Assembly (NCBI RefSeq): GCF_006345805.1 | Contig: NC_043004.1 | Location: 27,156,001-27,220,000, forward strand | Reading direction: 5' to 3' | Origin: Octopus sinensis | Taxonomy: Eukaryota | DNA length: 64,000 nt | Shown: positions 40,681-52,339 of the stretch, piece after piece | How positions within the stretch are numbered: position 1 is the stretch's first letter | Layout of the letters: the number at the start of each line of letters is the position of its first letter | Translations under genes and position numbers: made by a program | Notes under the pieces: generated by a model | What the model was told of the DNA's origin: nothing | Seen by the model: only the letters and a program-made list of their open reading frames with translations | The model's database searches: none

Positions 40681-40742
40681 AGCTCAAAGCAGCCAATGCC
40701 GAATATAATTCTGATTAAATTCGGCATTGGCTGCTTTGAGCT
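40681..40742. repeat. Perfect 24-bp inverted repeat hairpin
   Basis: agctcaaagcagccaatgccgaat (40681-40704) / attcggcattggctgctttgagct (40719-40742). Confidence 0.95.
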
Positions 40743-41263
40743 ACAGATTGACTTTCTACACTACTTACCAATTGCTTTTGTAACACACTTAACAAGTATG
40801 AAAAAGTGGATGCTGAAATGACGATGATAATATTTCTTTTACACATAGTAAGGTGAGTCATTGCTTAAGGTTTAGTTGTTATTTCTAGATGGTTGTATAA
40901 TCATGCAGCAGCTCAGTCTTTGACTTATCATAATAGTGTATTAGATATAGTACCAGATCAGCAGTCTGAAGAATTCTCAGTCCTAATTTACATTCATTCT
41001 TCAGACTATATTGTTAGCACAATGCTTGGTTTCTTCTATTCTTTTTTACCTTTGAGATGTAATTCTACAGCTGACAGTAACACTAGGAGATTTATCTTCC
41101 AGCTAATTCATAATTATTAATAAAAGAGGGAAAGACATCTTGCTAAAGAATACATACATACGTATACATATATGTATGTTTTGTGTTGTGTGTGTCTGTG
41201 TATATATATATTTATTGTATATATATATATTTATATATATATCTATATATATTTATATATATA

Positions 41264-41301
<38 letters not shown>

Positions 41302-41582
41302 AATATGTATACATAAATATATATGTATGTGTGTATGCACACACACATACATTAAATGACGATGGCACATACATTTTTGTGTTTGTGAGTGTGTGTCTTT
41401 ATGATAAGTAAAATACCTGTTTTACTTTTTATTTCATCGACAGATATGAATAAACATCTTTTTTTCCCCAGCTTATTCTTATTCTGAGATCTTCCTACTT
41501 AAAAAAACAACAATAAAATATATAAAAACTATTTCTAAATCATAAATTATTCACTATATTTCCAAGGAGTCATAATGGCTGT

Positions 41583-41936
41583 ATGGATAAGGTATTGTCT
41601 TTTGAGATGCCGAATTATTTACTTTTATCGATAATTTATCTCTCACTTCATGGCACCTTGGTTAAGTGTTTTCTATTGATAACTCTCATTTCACCTGGGC
41701 TATACTTCACTTTAACTTTTGCACAAAATTACCACGAGTATTGTGACAAAGAAAAATGCTTCATCCTCATAAAAACAACAAGCACCTTAAATAAGATATG
41801 TAACCCATCAATTGACAGCCACACAGGTTTCTATCTTGCAGACAATACAGGATATGAAAAAAGATTCTTGTACCGAGTGCTACTGTTCCTAAAGTGTTTT
41901 GGTAGTTTAATGGTGTGTGTCAGTTGTGTAGCATAA
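41583..41936 (+). CDS. Candidate coding exon/ORF, 117 aa, hydrophobic N-terminus then Cys-containing segment loosely like a C-type lectin domain start
   Basis: Non-repetitive ORF in AT-rich DNA; YCDKEKCFILIK..ICNP..GFYLADNTGYEKRFLYRVL resembles the CTLD C..CY....C....G.LA.I.S..E..FL pattern only weakly. Confidence 0.3.
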   Translation: MDKVLSFEMPNYLLLSIIYLSLHGTLVKCFLLITLISPGLYFTLTFAQNYHEYCDKEKCFILIKTTSTLNKICNPSIDSHTGFYLADNTGYEKRFLYRVLLFLKCFGSLMVCVSCVA

Positions 41937-42584
41937 TATGTTTAATAGTGTGAAGAAGCTGATTTATACAAGCCAGATATTAAAAGCCAGATATTATGGT
42001 TCCTGCTACAACCAAAGTTATAGTGTTGAAGTGATTGCTGTATCAGTTGAGGTGGTGGTGGTGGTGGTGGCTGCGTTGATAAACAACTGATTTGATTAAG
42101 ATATATTGATTACTGTTTTGAAACAAGTCAACTGTTTTAAAGCCAAATAACAAAATCATCCTAATTTGCTCTAGTTTCAGTTATTGACATAATTTGTGAA
42201 CTCTTATTAAAGGTAAAGAATTGGCAATGCAAGATATGAATGAAGAATATTGTGGGACAGAAGCCTAAAGAATTATTATAAAGAATTTGTCCTTTTTGGC
42301 AAATTTACCACGAACAAATATTGGGTTTATGTTAGGAAGCAGAAGAAAGGAAAGATAACCAATGAAGCACTTCACTTCTTGTTACAACACACAAACACAC
42401 ACACACACAAAGACACTCCCACACACATGCACATATGTATGCATATATGCATGTATCAGGTACGTGCCATCAGTAATTACTCAAGGTAGGCAATTGATGA
42501 CCTTTATGTAGTAAAATACACTAAAAATAAGTGAAGCACAGGTGCATGTCTGAGTTGAAGGCTGATTTACTTCTGCCTTTACAG

Positions 42585-42608
42585 CATGTAAAGAAAACGG
42601 TGTTGTAG
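42585..42608 (+). CDS. Candidate 24-nt microexon (phase 1-1; xCA-C-K-E-N-G-V-V-G)
   Basis: Branch-like ctgat, pyrimidine tract ttacttctgccttt, CAG acceptor (42582-42584), donor AG/GTATGT (42609), frame-preserving length. Confidence 0.4.
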   Translation, partial: HVKKTVL

Positions 42609-42961
42609 GTATGTATGCAGCATGTGTGCTACAACATTATTACGTGTAGCTTAAATACTGAAATTGAAAATCTATGAAAAAATAAAATATTTTGCCTTTT
42701 ATGCATAGTAATCAGAGTAACCTTCATAATTTTTTATTGAATTAGGTGCATACTTTGCCATGAAAGGAAAATATTACTATCAATCTATTTTATTCAAGGG
42801 AGGCACTGCCCATCTAGGCAGCATATTCCTGGTATGTACGTATGTCATTATTCATTTTTTTTTCAAGATTTCTTGCCAATAGAGAAAGGGCCGGTTTCTA
42901 ACCCAGATCTAAGGCTCCTTCACTGGAATTTCAACATCAACAACAGGGTATTTTTGTTTGC

Positions 42962-42994
<33 letters not shown>

Positions 42995-43084
42995 TGTATG
43001 TATGTACAGATTTGTAAGGTTTATGTATGCTCATGCATATAGTTGCATATCTAGACATGCTCGTATATATTTAAATGATAAATT

Positions 43085-43494
43085 TCTGGAAAGTTTTACA
43101 TAATTTTTCAGTTCCAGTGATGGAATTGGATCTGTAGTCTTCAAATTAGCTTTCTATTTTCTGGTTTTGAGAAGCCTTATTTCTCAAGATTAGTATTTAG
43201 GCAGTATGTTACGTATCCCAGGGTTCCAATAATTACAAGTATAAACCAGAACTTGTAATCTGGATAGATTTACTGCAGATTTCTCAATAGTTCAGCATAG
43301 GTGTTCTCTTTTTCACTGATCTTCAACTTTATGTTAACATTCGCTGGACAGCTAATTTCCACAACTGTGCACAGTTTCACTTCTCTATTCCAAATCATTA
43401 TATCAGGTCTGTTGTGCTTACATTTTATTGAGGTCTTCACTAGTACATTCGACCAGCATTCCTTTTTATTATGAGTGGCTAGGCCTCCTACCAT
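43085..43494 (-). mobile_element. R4/Dong-type LINE 3' fragment (restriction-like endonuclease)
   Basis: NRPDIMIWNREVKLCTVVEISCPANVNIKLKISEKENTYAELL followed by VIIGTLG: PD..(D/E)..P...K..Y RLE motif. Confidence 0.85.
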
Positions 43495-43537
43495 ATTGTG
43501 GGTTTGGCAACATTAGACTAAATCATACATTCATATA

Positions 43538-44335
43538 CAAGGGTGCAAGAAAAAGTTCATAGGCTGACTATGAAGGAATGATGTTAGTGCTGGGAAATCT
43601 TGCATACACTAATTTTAACTCTTCTTATGAATAACTGCATTGTTTTGTTTTTTTTTCCAGGTAAACTGACATCTGATTGTTCAAAGAAGACAACAGATAG
43701 TGACTTCTCTTGAAAATGAACAAAATTTGTCATCATGGTATTATCAAGTTTAGTCCCCAGTGACATTCATGCTGACATGGTTGCTACATTAGGAGATGAT
43801 GCTCCAGCTTTATCAACAGTGCATAAAGTTGGTAGCTGAATTTAGTTGAGGAAGGGAGAACCTTGAAGATGAACCAAGATCTGGACATTCTACAACTGCT
43901 ACCGATAAGGAAAATATTCTAAGGAAAATAAGGAAAATATTCTACAACTGCCACCGATAAGGAAAATATTGATTGTGTTCACTACACAATCTTTTAGCCA
44001 GTTCTATTAGCTTATCCCATGAGAGAGTTGAGAATATTCTATGCAATGAGCTTGGCATGATGAAGGTTTCTGCTCAGTGGGTGCTACATCTTCTGACATC
44101 TGATCAAAAGTGCACTAAGCTGATCACATCATAGGAAAATTTGATAGTTTGAGGCAAATCCAGCCTGGTTTCCTTGAACGTTTTCTAACTCAGGATGAAT
44201 GTTGGATTCATCACTTTGTACCAGAAACAAAGAGACAATCTATGCAGTGGAAATACTCCTTGTTACCTGGTCCTTAGAAGACTAAGGAAATTTCATCTGC
44301 AGTGGAGGTGATGGCCTTAGATTTTTGGGGGTGTT
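43538..44335 (+). mobile_element. mariner 5' fragment
   Basis: TA+CAAGGGTGCAAGAAAAAGTTC end; IHADMVATLGDDAPALSTV, LEDEPRSG, KVSAQWV, TQDECWIHHFVPETKRQSMQW. Confidence 0.8.
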
Positions 44336-45899
44336 TATGGATTCTCTACACAAGTTTACTTCTTCAGGCAAAAATTACATTAGTGTTTTGGCTGTATCAA
44401 ATGTTTAGTTAAGGGATATTTAACAATTTATATCAATCAGAAGGACCTATGGGCTATATGGGTGGTTTCTGTGATTATTTTGACTTGTCATGCATATATA
44501 TATATATATATATATATATAAACAATATGGGAGGGTGGATATATGCAGTGCTTTACTTTCTGTGCTAGTGTGCATATGTGGATATAGAAAAAAAAAAGAA
44601 AAAGAACAAATCAATAATATAAGTGAAATAGAAGAAAATGGTTGTGAATTTCTTTGTTTTGAATTTGCTGTATATGTGCTGTGATGGGGATGCATTGAGC
44701 ATTTGATTTAACCTCAATGCCAGCAGGGTGCAACATTAATGATTTTACAAGATGTAAGGAGAGGGGAGCAGGTTTTTGTTTAGATATTATCAGTTCATGA
44801 TTTCTGCTTTGACATCAGTGAAGGTGGAGAATGGTGTTATGGTTAGCTGGTATTATTATGTATTAGCTGGTATTGTTAAGTATTAGCTGCTATTGTTAAG
44901 TATTTTATGTGGGCCCCTGCTGTTCTGTGAATGTTGTTGCTTAGGTGGGTGTTTCATTTGCTAGTGATGTTACTATATGTTCGGTGATGATTTTTTTCCT
45001 GTATTGTGAGCCTATTTGTCAAGTATTGTTTTCCTTGTATGTTCAAATTACTTAATAATAAAAAGCCCTTACAGTATTGCATACATAGTTTATGTTGAGG
45101 TCCTTGATATTTACGCTCCGTTATGTAAAATTTCCTTGTAGTAAATCCTCTGTTGTATATACGGTCTTTTTTGTTTTTTGTTTACTTCATTAGGGAGGTC
45201 CTTCTTTTGTTAGGTTTGATGATAATGATGGTTGATGTTTGTTTCATAATGTTTTGTTCCAGTCCCAGGGAGGAATTTTATTTTGTGTCTACAAGATACA
45301 GCCACTTTGGAATGTCTATTAATTGCATTTTCCTTGGAGTGTAAGTCCTGGGATTGATTTCTTCAACTAAAAATCCCAGTAAGGCAATGCACCAGCATGG
45401 CTGCAGTCAAATGACTGAAACGAGAAAAAGAGTCGATCTTTTGTGTAGTGGAACTCAACTATTTTTGTGTCATTCTGACGTCTTCAAAGATTCTGTGACA
45501 CTAGAGATGTGTAATTTTTTTTCTGATAACTGCTTGTCTGATTTTCAGCGGAAGGTGAAACTTAGGTCATCTTTATTATTTTGTGCTTTTCAGTATTTTC
45601 TTAAGGAAGGATTTTATTAAAGATTAGGAGAAATTGTTCTTCTTCCCAATTTTTTAATTTTTTTTTTGGTGTGTCTTTTTTATTTATGATTTTTTGTTTC
45701 TTTTTTTTCTTACACATTTTTATTTGTATTTATTTTTTCTCTCTTTACATGATGGTGTGATACTACATATTGTTACTGTTAAAGATGAGGTGATTGCTTA
45801 TCTATTTGTGATATTTGTGATAAACATATTTCCTTTGCTATTCCCAGAGTTTTGTATGGTAGTGCTCTGGAAACTGAAATTTGTTGTTCTTTTTATTGT

Positions 45900-46420
45900 T
45901 ACGGTTGTTTTTCAATATTTTCGTTTCCCTTGCTTTTGTTGAATCTTCGCATGCCATTCGGGCATTCAGCTCTGAGATGTTTTACTTTGACGAATATGAC
46001 AACAAGGCTTTTTACTTTGTATTATCAGTTTCATGTCTTTTGTTTCAATGCCTTCTACTAGACATAGTTCTGGTATAACTCTGTAGTATTTGGTTCACAT
46101 TAGGAATTGAAATCCTGGTTATCTTGTGTTAAGGCTATTCTAACCATCCTCCCATACTGCAACTCAAATGCTGCTACTTGCCATGGATTTATGTCATGTC
46201 CAATGTCTGATTGTGATTTCTGTATTTCTTTGATCCATGAACTGTGACACAAAAGTCAGAGGAATGTCTGACAATTTCAGCCTGATGAGTTTTTACTTTT
46301 AAAATCCTTGCAAGTAGTGGCATAGTTTTTTCTTAATTCATTGAGATAATTTCTCCCCTAACATCCTGGGAAACTTGTATGACACATAGTGAGGGGAAAT
46401 TTTTTCGCGAGCAGATATGT
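45900..46420 (-). mobile_element. Possible decayed non-LTR ORF1 with CCHC knuckle remnant
   Basis: Minus strand CHI(R)QS..KHLRAECP across a frameshift at ~45955-46000; otherwise heavily disrupted. Confidence 0.3.
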
Positions 46421-48033
46421 ATAATTTTTCTCTTCATCCTTTCCTTTGGCAAAAAAAAAAAAATAAATAAATATTGTTGGGATTCACAAAATTCTTTCGT
46501 CCACTCTTTTTCTGCTTTGAAATGTGGAAGGTCTATATGTTTTGTCTGTTACTTTAGAAAGAAGGAAAAGTTTGCCTTCACACAGCTGCCTTATGAATAG
46601 ATTGTCATGTTTGGAATCACATAAGAGTTGCTGCTGCCATTGCTTTGTTGTTTCTGTCACTGTCATCCATATTGCTTATTTGAATATTTGAGATATTTTA
46701 TACTATTAGTTGTTTACTGAAATATCCTCTTCTACATTTAGCCATGTGTTTTGATGTTGTGGGATTTTTAAAGTCATTGCAGTGTTCTGTTGTGCAGCAA
46801 AATTATATTGATAACCATTTTGGATGTCAAAATGTAATATATGCAAATATAATTTTAAAAGTTTCCAAAACTTATAATTTTCTTTTTAATTTGGCTTCCA
46901 CACCACTGATGTCTAAGGCAGACCTTAGGTAATTGTACTTCCTTTTTACAAGTGGCCCAATGAAAATTTCATTTGATAATATTTCAGTAGATCTGGCTTC
47001 AAAGACAGAGTCAAAAATCTGTCTTTCCACTATAAGAATTAAATGTAATAACAACAATAACAACAACTATAATAATAATAGAAATGCTTAACGGTATTTT
47101 GTCTGCTGTTACATTCTGAGTTCAAATTCTGCCGAGGTCGACTTTGCCTTTTATCCTTTCAGGGTCAATTAAATAAGTACCAGTTACACACTGGGGTTAA
47201 TATAATCGACTTAATCTGTTTGTATGTCCTTGTTTGTCCCCTCTATGTTTAGCCCCTTGTGGGAAATAAAGAAATATATAATAATAATAGAAAGGGGAAA
47301 GAGACAAAGTGACTATTGACAAGTTGTTGATATCGTTAAGTAAAAGTCCTAAAAATCAGTAATTATTGTGAATATTTGATGTGAATTCTTTCTTGAGCCA
47401 TTCGCTTGTTTTGTTTACATCTTTTAATGATCAATGGAATAACTGGACACCACAATTGACTGTAAGTTATTGAAGATTTGATTTTCACCAGCATCTATGC
47501 ATGGCAAATAGCTTTGTATCTTTGAAAATATGATTATCAACGATGCACTTCGATCCTCATTCATGTTGAATTATTTTGGTTCAGAATCGTTGGGAGAAAT
47601 TCCATAATTCATATCTTTGATTAGTCACATATATTTCCATAAGATCATGCCAAAGGGATTTCTACTTTGGTTTTTGTTCTTATTGTTGTTATTTAAAACT
47701 TTTGAATCTGTTTCTAAACACTGTCTTAAGTTATCTGCAGAATCATTGCAGTCTCACAGGATTTCAAAGAGAGGTGTTGCAGAAATACAGACATAAAAGT
47801 ATGTACGTGTGTGTGTGTGTGTGCATGTGATTTTGTATCTAAAAGAGAAAGAGAGCATTCAGTACATGTTATAGAGTATATATAGTTTAAATATAGTACA
47901 TGTTATAGAGTATATATAGTTTAAACAAACTGTATTTTAACTGGATTCATATCAAGTGATTTAAATTATACATCACATTGGCCATCAGTTCTCACCTTAT
48001 GAATACAGAGAGTGCTCAATGACTCAACAAGTG

Positions 48034-48090
<57 letters not shown>

Positions 48091-48348
48091 TGTGTGTGTG
48101 TGTAATATGAATTTGTTATAAGGATTCAATAGAAACTAGTCATATCAATATGTAAGATGTCAAAAATGGTTAGCTACAACATGATAACATCAGGTAAACA
48201 ACAACGAAGGTATCAAGTGTTAGTAGGATGCTGTAGATATGTAAGTATCAAAGGCAATTTAAACCATAGATCCAACTCTGGGGCTGGTTCCAGGTGTGGT
48301 GAAGGTATAAAAGGGGAAGCAACAAATGGCATTTAACATTTACAACGG

Positions 48349-48610
48349 CTGTTTAGGTAGAATTTTATTGATGTATTCATAGATTACATCATAAGTTATA
48401 ATCCACCAGCTTCAGGTAAAATTTTAAACAGGTAAGATGCCAATCAGGTAAGATTTCAATCATTGAACATGACATTGTTTGATATATCATGTTCAATGTA
48501 TAAAATCTCATCTGCTTGACATCCTACCTGTTTAAAATTTTGCCTGAGGATGATGGATTATATGTTATGATATAATCCATGAATACATCAATAAAACTCT
48601 ACTGCAACAG
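48349..48610. repeat. Imperfect palindromic element (~124-bp arms) with a degenerate hammerhead-like motif in each arm
   Basis: Centre cattgaacatga (48461-48472) / tcatgttcaatg (48487-48498); CTGAGGA (48544-48550) + 10-bp stem atggattata/tataatccat + GAAT. Confidence 0.85.
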
Positions 48611-48705
48611 TTCTCATAAATTTTAAACATCATATGTGTTCACTGCTTATATATATATATATAAGTAAATAAATGGAGTTGAATGCAGATGTTATTCAAA
48701 TTCTT

Positions 48706-48797
48706 TTACTTTCTACATATGTTTCGAAGACAACATTGGTTTTATTCCAAGGGAATAAACGGTGTAAAATAATGTAATCTTCTCATCAGGAAAGAAA
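48706..48797 (-). ncRNA. Type I hammerhead ribozyme, intact core
   Basis: Minus strand: stem I CTTTC/GAAAG, CTGATGA (48789-48783), stem II GAAGA/TCTTC with extension, GAAA, palindromic stem III ACATATGT, GUA cleavage triplet. Confidence 0.8.
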
Positions 48798-49065
48798 GAG
48801 AACCCATCTCAACAACAAGACATTATAACAATTTTGATGACTGCATAAATGATAAACAGAATGCTATTAAGTATTTTAAAAAATAACCCTAATATTATTT
48901 ATTATGTTTAAATATTTTTTGATAAATTTGTTTGAAGTTTTACCAACATCCTCTCTGTTGCTGGAAATAAACTGCATCTGCTCAGTGGATATGAAAAGTT
49001 AGAATATACCGGCAGCAAGTTTACATGTGGATCTCGTTGTGTGTATATTTAAAATCTAAAGGCTA

Positions 49066-49132
49066 CCTACTGATGAAGACTGGCCTCAGTAAATATTTTT
49101 TTACTGAAATTAGTCAGAAACCATGGTCTAGG
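49066..49132 (+). ncRNA. Type I hammerhead ribozyme, near-intact
   Basis: Stem I CCTA/TAGG, CTGATGA 49070-49076, stem II GACT/AGTC + TCAGTAAA/TTTACTGA, GAAA 49117-49120, palindromic ACCATGGT, GUC site 49126-49128; A-A mismatch at the base of stem II. Confidence 0.7.
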
Positions 49133-49894
49133 AATAAAATTAGATGGTAAATGTTTTTAATTTTCATTCCTTTCAAGAATTTATCCCTAATTAGTTGTTT
49201 GAGTTTTCTACTGCTCTTTCTAGCACAAGGCTTTCCTATAATGGAAGCCTCTTAATGTGTTTTAATGTACACGATATCTTATATATATATATATCCTTAT
49301 ATATAGATATAGGAAAAAGTGGCAGAGTAAGGTATCACTTTTTGCTTTTTGCTGGAAATAGCAGTCGATAACTGTTCAACACTGGGTAAAGCTTCACTGA
49401 ATGTATAGAGGCAAAGATGCATGTGGGCAGTGAACATAAAAAAAAAACTTTTGTCTTACTTCTAGGAAGAATGCCAGAAAAATGGATACCCTAGTACTCA
49501 AGTTTCGGACTTTTCAGAATATGTTTATTATCATAAAACTGATTGGTCCTCATTGGTTAAGTCTTTCGAAAGACTAAATTTAAAATATCCACTACGTCAA
49601 TGTCTGTATATTCAGCCAATAGCCCCAGCCATAAACAGAAACGAGATCAGTGAAAAAGTTTTATATAAAAGTTATAAATATTATTAGAACGTAACAGTAT
49701 TATTTTCCAGCAAAATGAAGCACCATAAAGGTAGAATTATAAATAGGAAATAGTGGCACAACAAGGTACCATTCGATGCTAGGTAAAGCTTCACTGAATG
49801 TGTAGAGGCAAAGATGTGTGTGGGTGGCAAACAAAAAATTTTCATCTTACCTCTAGGAAGAATGTCAGAGAAATGGACAACCTCCATGTGCTGC

Positions 49895-51028
49895 TGCATC
49901 AGGAAAATAACTTACCCTGCAAGCCCTCCTTGTCCTGGACAATGCACCTGCTCACCCACCTAACCTCGAAGATGACATCCTCTAAAAGTTCAAGCTTATA
50001 AAGGCTCTCTACCTTCCACCCAACACCACCCCTATCCTGCAGCTCATGGACCAGCAGGTAATACCTAATTTCAAGAATCTCTTCACCAAACACCTGTCCC
50101 ACCGCTGCTTTGAGGTGATGGTGAGTACAAACCTCAACCTTCAAAGGACTTCTATAACATCAGGATATACCTCAGAATTATTCATATGACCTGGCAGGAT
50201 GTTACAACGAAGATCTTGACCTCTGCATGGTAGAAGCTGTGCTTGAGGTTGTGTCTGAAATGGACTTTGAAAGACTCGAACCTGAAGCAACAGTGGTGGA
50301 GGAGATTGTATCTCTTGGCAAGTCCATGGGTCTGGACATGGATGAAGATGACATCAACGAGCTCATCGAGGAGCACTCCAAGGAACTGACAACAGAGGAG
50401 CTACTGACACAGCAGCATACCAAGGTTTTGCAGGAAATAGGTGATGTGGAGGAGGTAGAGGGGGGTTGTCTTGATAAGTACAGTAAAGGAAATGTTGGGA
50501 ATGTGTGAGAAACTTTCAGACTTTATTTAAGAGAAACACCCAGAAAATGCTGCAACTGGGCATGTAATGGCACTATTTAACGACACGTTCCTAACTCATT
50601 TCAAAAACATTCTGAAAGGGTGGATGAAACAGACCTCATTGAGAGTAAGGAAAGTGTGGCACGAAAAGGGCAAAAATCAGCAAATAAGATTCAGTTATTC
50701 AGTTCAGCTTTTCTCCTCCACCTCTGTCAGCATCCTCAAGTCATCTGATCTCCAAGTAAATACTGTACACAATACTTAATAAAATCAGTTTATTTCAGTA
50801 CACATATATATTGTATTGTGCTTTTTTATACGAAATTTGTTATTTGTAAGTACATTTTTCTTATATAAAAATATGTAACAAGAAAATTGCAGTGTATTTG
50901 GGTGGGGGCAGGGGGGATTCATAGCATTTCAATTCATTCCAATGGAAAAAATTGATTTAACATATGAGTAATTTGAATTACGAGCTCTGTCACGGAATGA
51001 ATTAAACTTGTCGGTCAAGGCACCACTG
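49895..51028 (+). mobile_element. Tigger/pogo-family transposon 3' part
   Basis: ALLVLDNAPAHPPNL, YLPPNTTPILQLMDQQVI; acidic C-terminal region (50227-50508); right TIR ..aaggcaccactg+TA. Confidence 0.85.
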
Positions 51029-51064
51029 TATATATACATATACATATATATATGTATATATATA

Positions 51065-51500
51065 TATCATCATCATCATTATCATCCATCATCATCCATT
51101 ATCATCATCATTTAACGTCCATTGTCCATCCTGGCATGGCTTAGATGGTTTGACTGGGCTGGTATGCTGGAAGACTGCACCAGGCTCCAGTCTGATTTGG
51201 TACAGTTTTCTACGGCTGGATGCCTTTCCTAAAGTGAACTACTCTGAGAGTGTAATGGGTGATTTTACGTGCCATTTGCATGACACCGGAGTGTGGTTAT
51301 GTGCCACCATCACAGGTGTCAATTTGCCATGACTGCAATTTTGCTTGGCTTGATGGGTTTTCTTCTCAAGTACGTCATAATGCCAAAGGTGTTGTTTATT
51401 GCCTCCATGAGGCCCAACATTCAAAACATGTTCTTTACGTGCCACCAGCATAGGTGCGCTTGGTTTGATGGGCCCTCTCAAGTACAACACATCACCAAAG
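51065..51500 (-). mobile_element. Interspersed element with (GAT)n tail (probable RTE-type 3' end or derived SINE)
   Basis: Minus strand ends ..tggacgttaaatgatgatgat; related termini at ~18250, ~22190 and 38620-38675/40796-40830. Confidence 0.5.
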
Positions 51501-51536
51501 GTCTTTGTCACACACACACACACTCTCACACACACA

Positions 51537-51567
<31 letters not shown>

Positions 51568-52339
51568 AATATGTATATGTATATACATATATATATATAT
51601 ACATATGTATATATATATGTGAGTGTATGTATGTATAGATATATATATAATATATATACACACATATATATGTATGTGTGTATGTATATATATATAGGTG
51701 TGTGTATACATATATATGTACATAAACATATATGTATATATATGTGTGTATGTGTGTATGTATATACATGTATGTGTGTGTATATATATATATATATGTT
51801 TATATACATACATATATATGTATATATATATAAACATACATATATATATATATATATATGTATTCTTAATAAAACATAATAAACATATGAAAATACTTGT
51901 TTACCAATTACCAACATTCAGTTGTTTTCCTAACAAATGAAAAAATGTCTGAAACAAGATTCTAATTTTACAGATCAGCCCCACCCCATATCTTTACTTC
52001 TTTCACAGATTTCTTATTTTCAAGAGAAATAGAAAGATTTCTTCATTCATAGTTTTATTTTTTCCATAGTAAGACCGAGGAATCTCTAAGAAATATGATG
52101 CATTCAATTGAGTGATAAAGCAGTGTTGTTTCATTGGCACAAGAACTTAGAATATCAAAAGATCGATACCAGTGCTTCATAGTAACTTATTCAATAAAAT
52201 TCTGAAGGCTTGAAGAGAAAAATTAATTCGGGTGTGATTTGAGCTTGGAATGTAAGTATGGATATCCCATTTAGGTCATTTCTTGAAATAATAATAATAC
52301 TAACAACAACAACAACAATAATATTAAACTACAAAAACC

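Noticed and set aside
47861-47925. Small tandem duplications (34-bp here; 22-bp near 57280-57330; 20-bp near 44850-44900)
   Set aside because: Ordinary slippage products with no further structure
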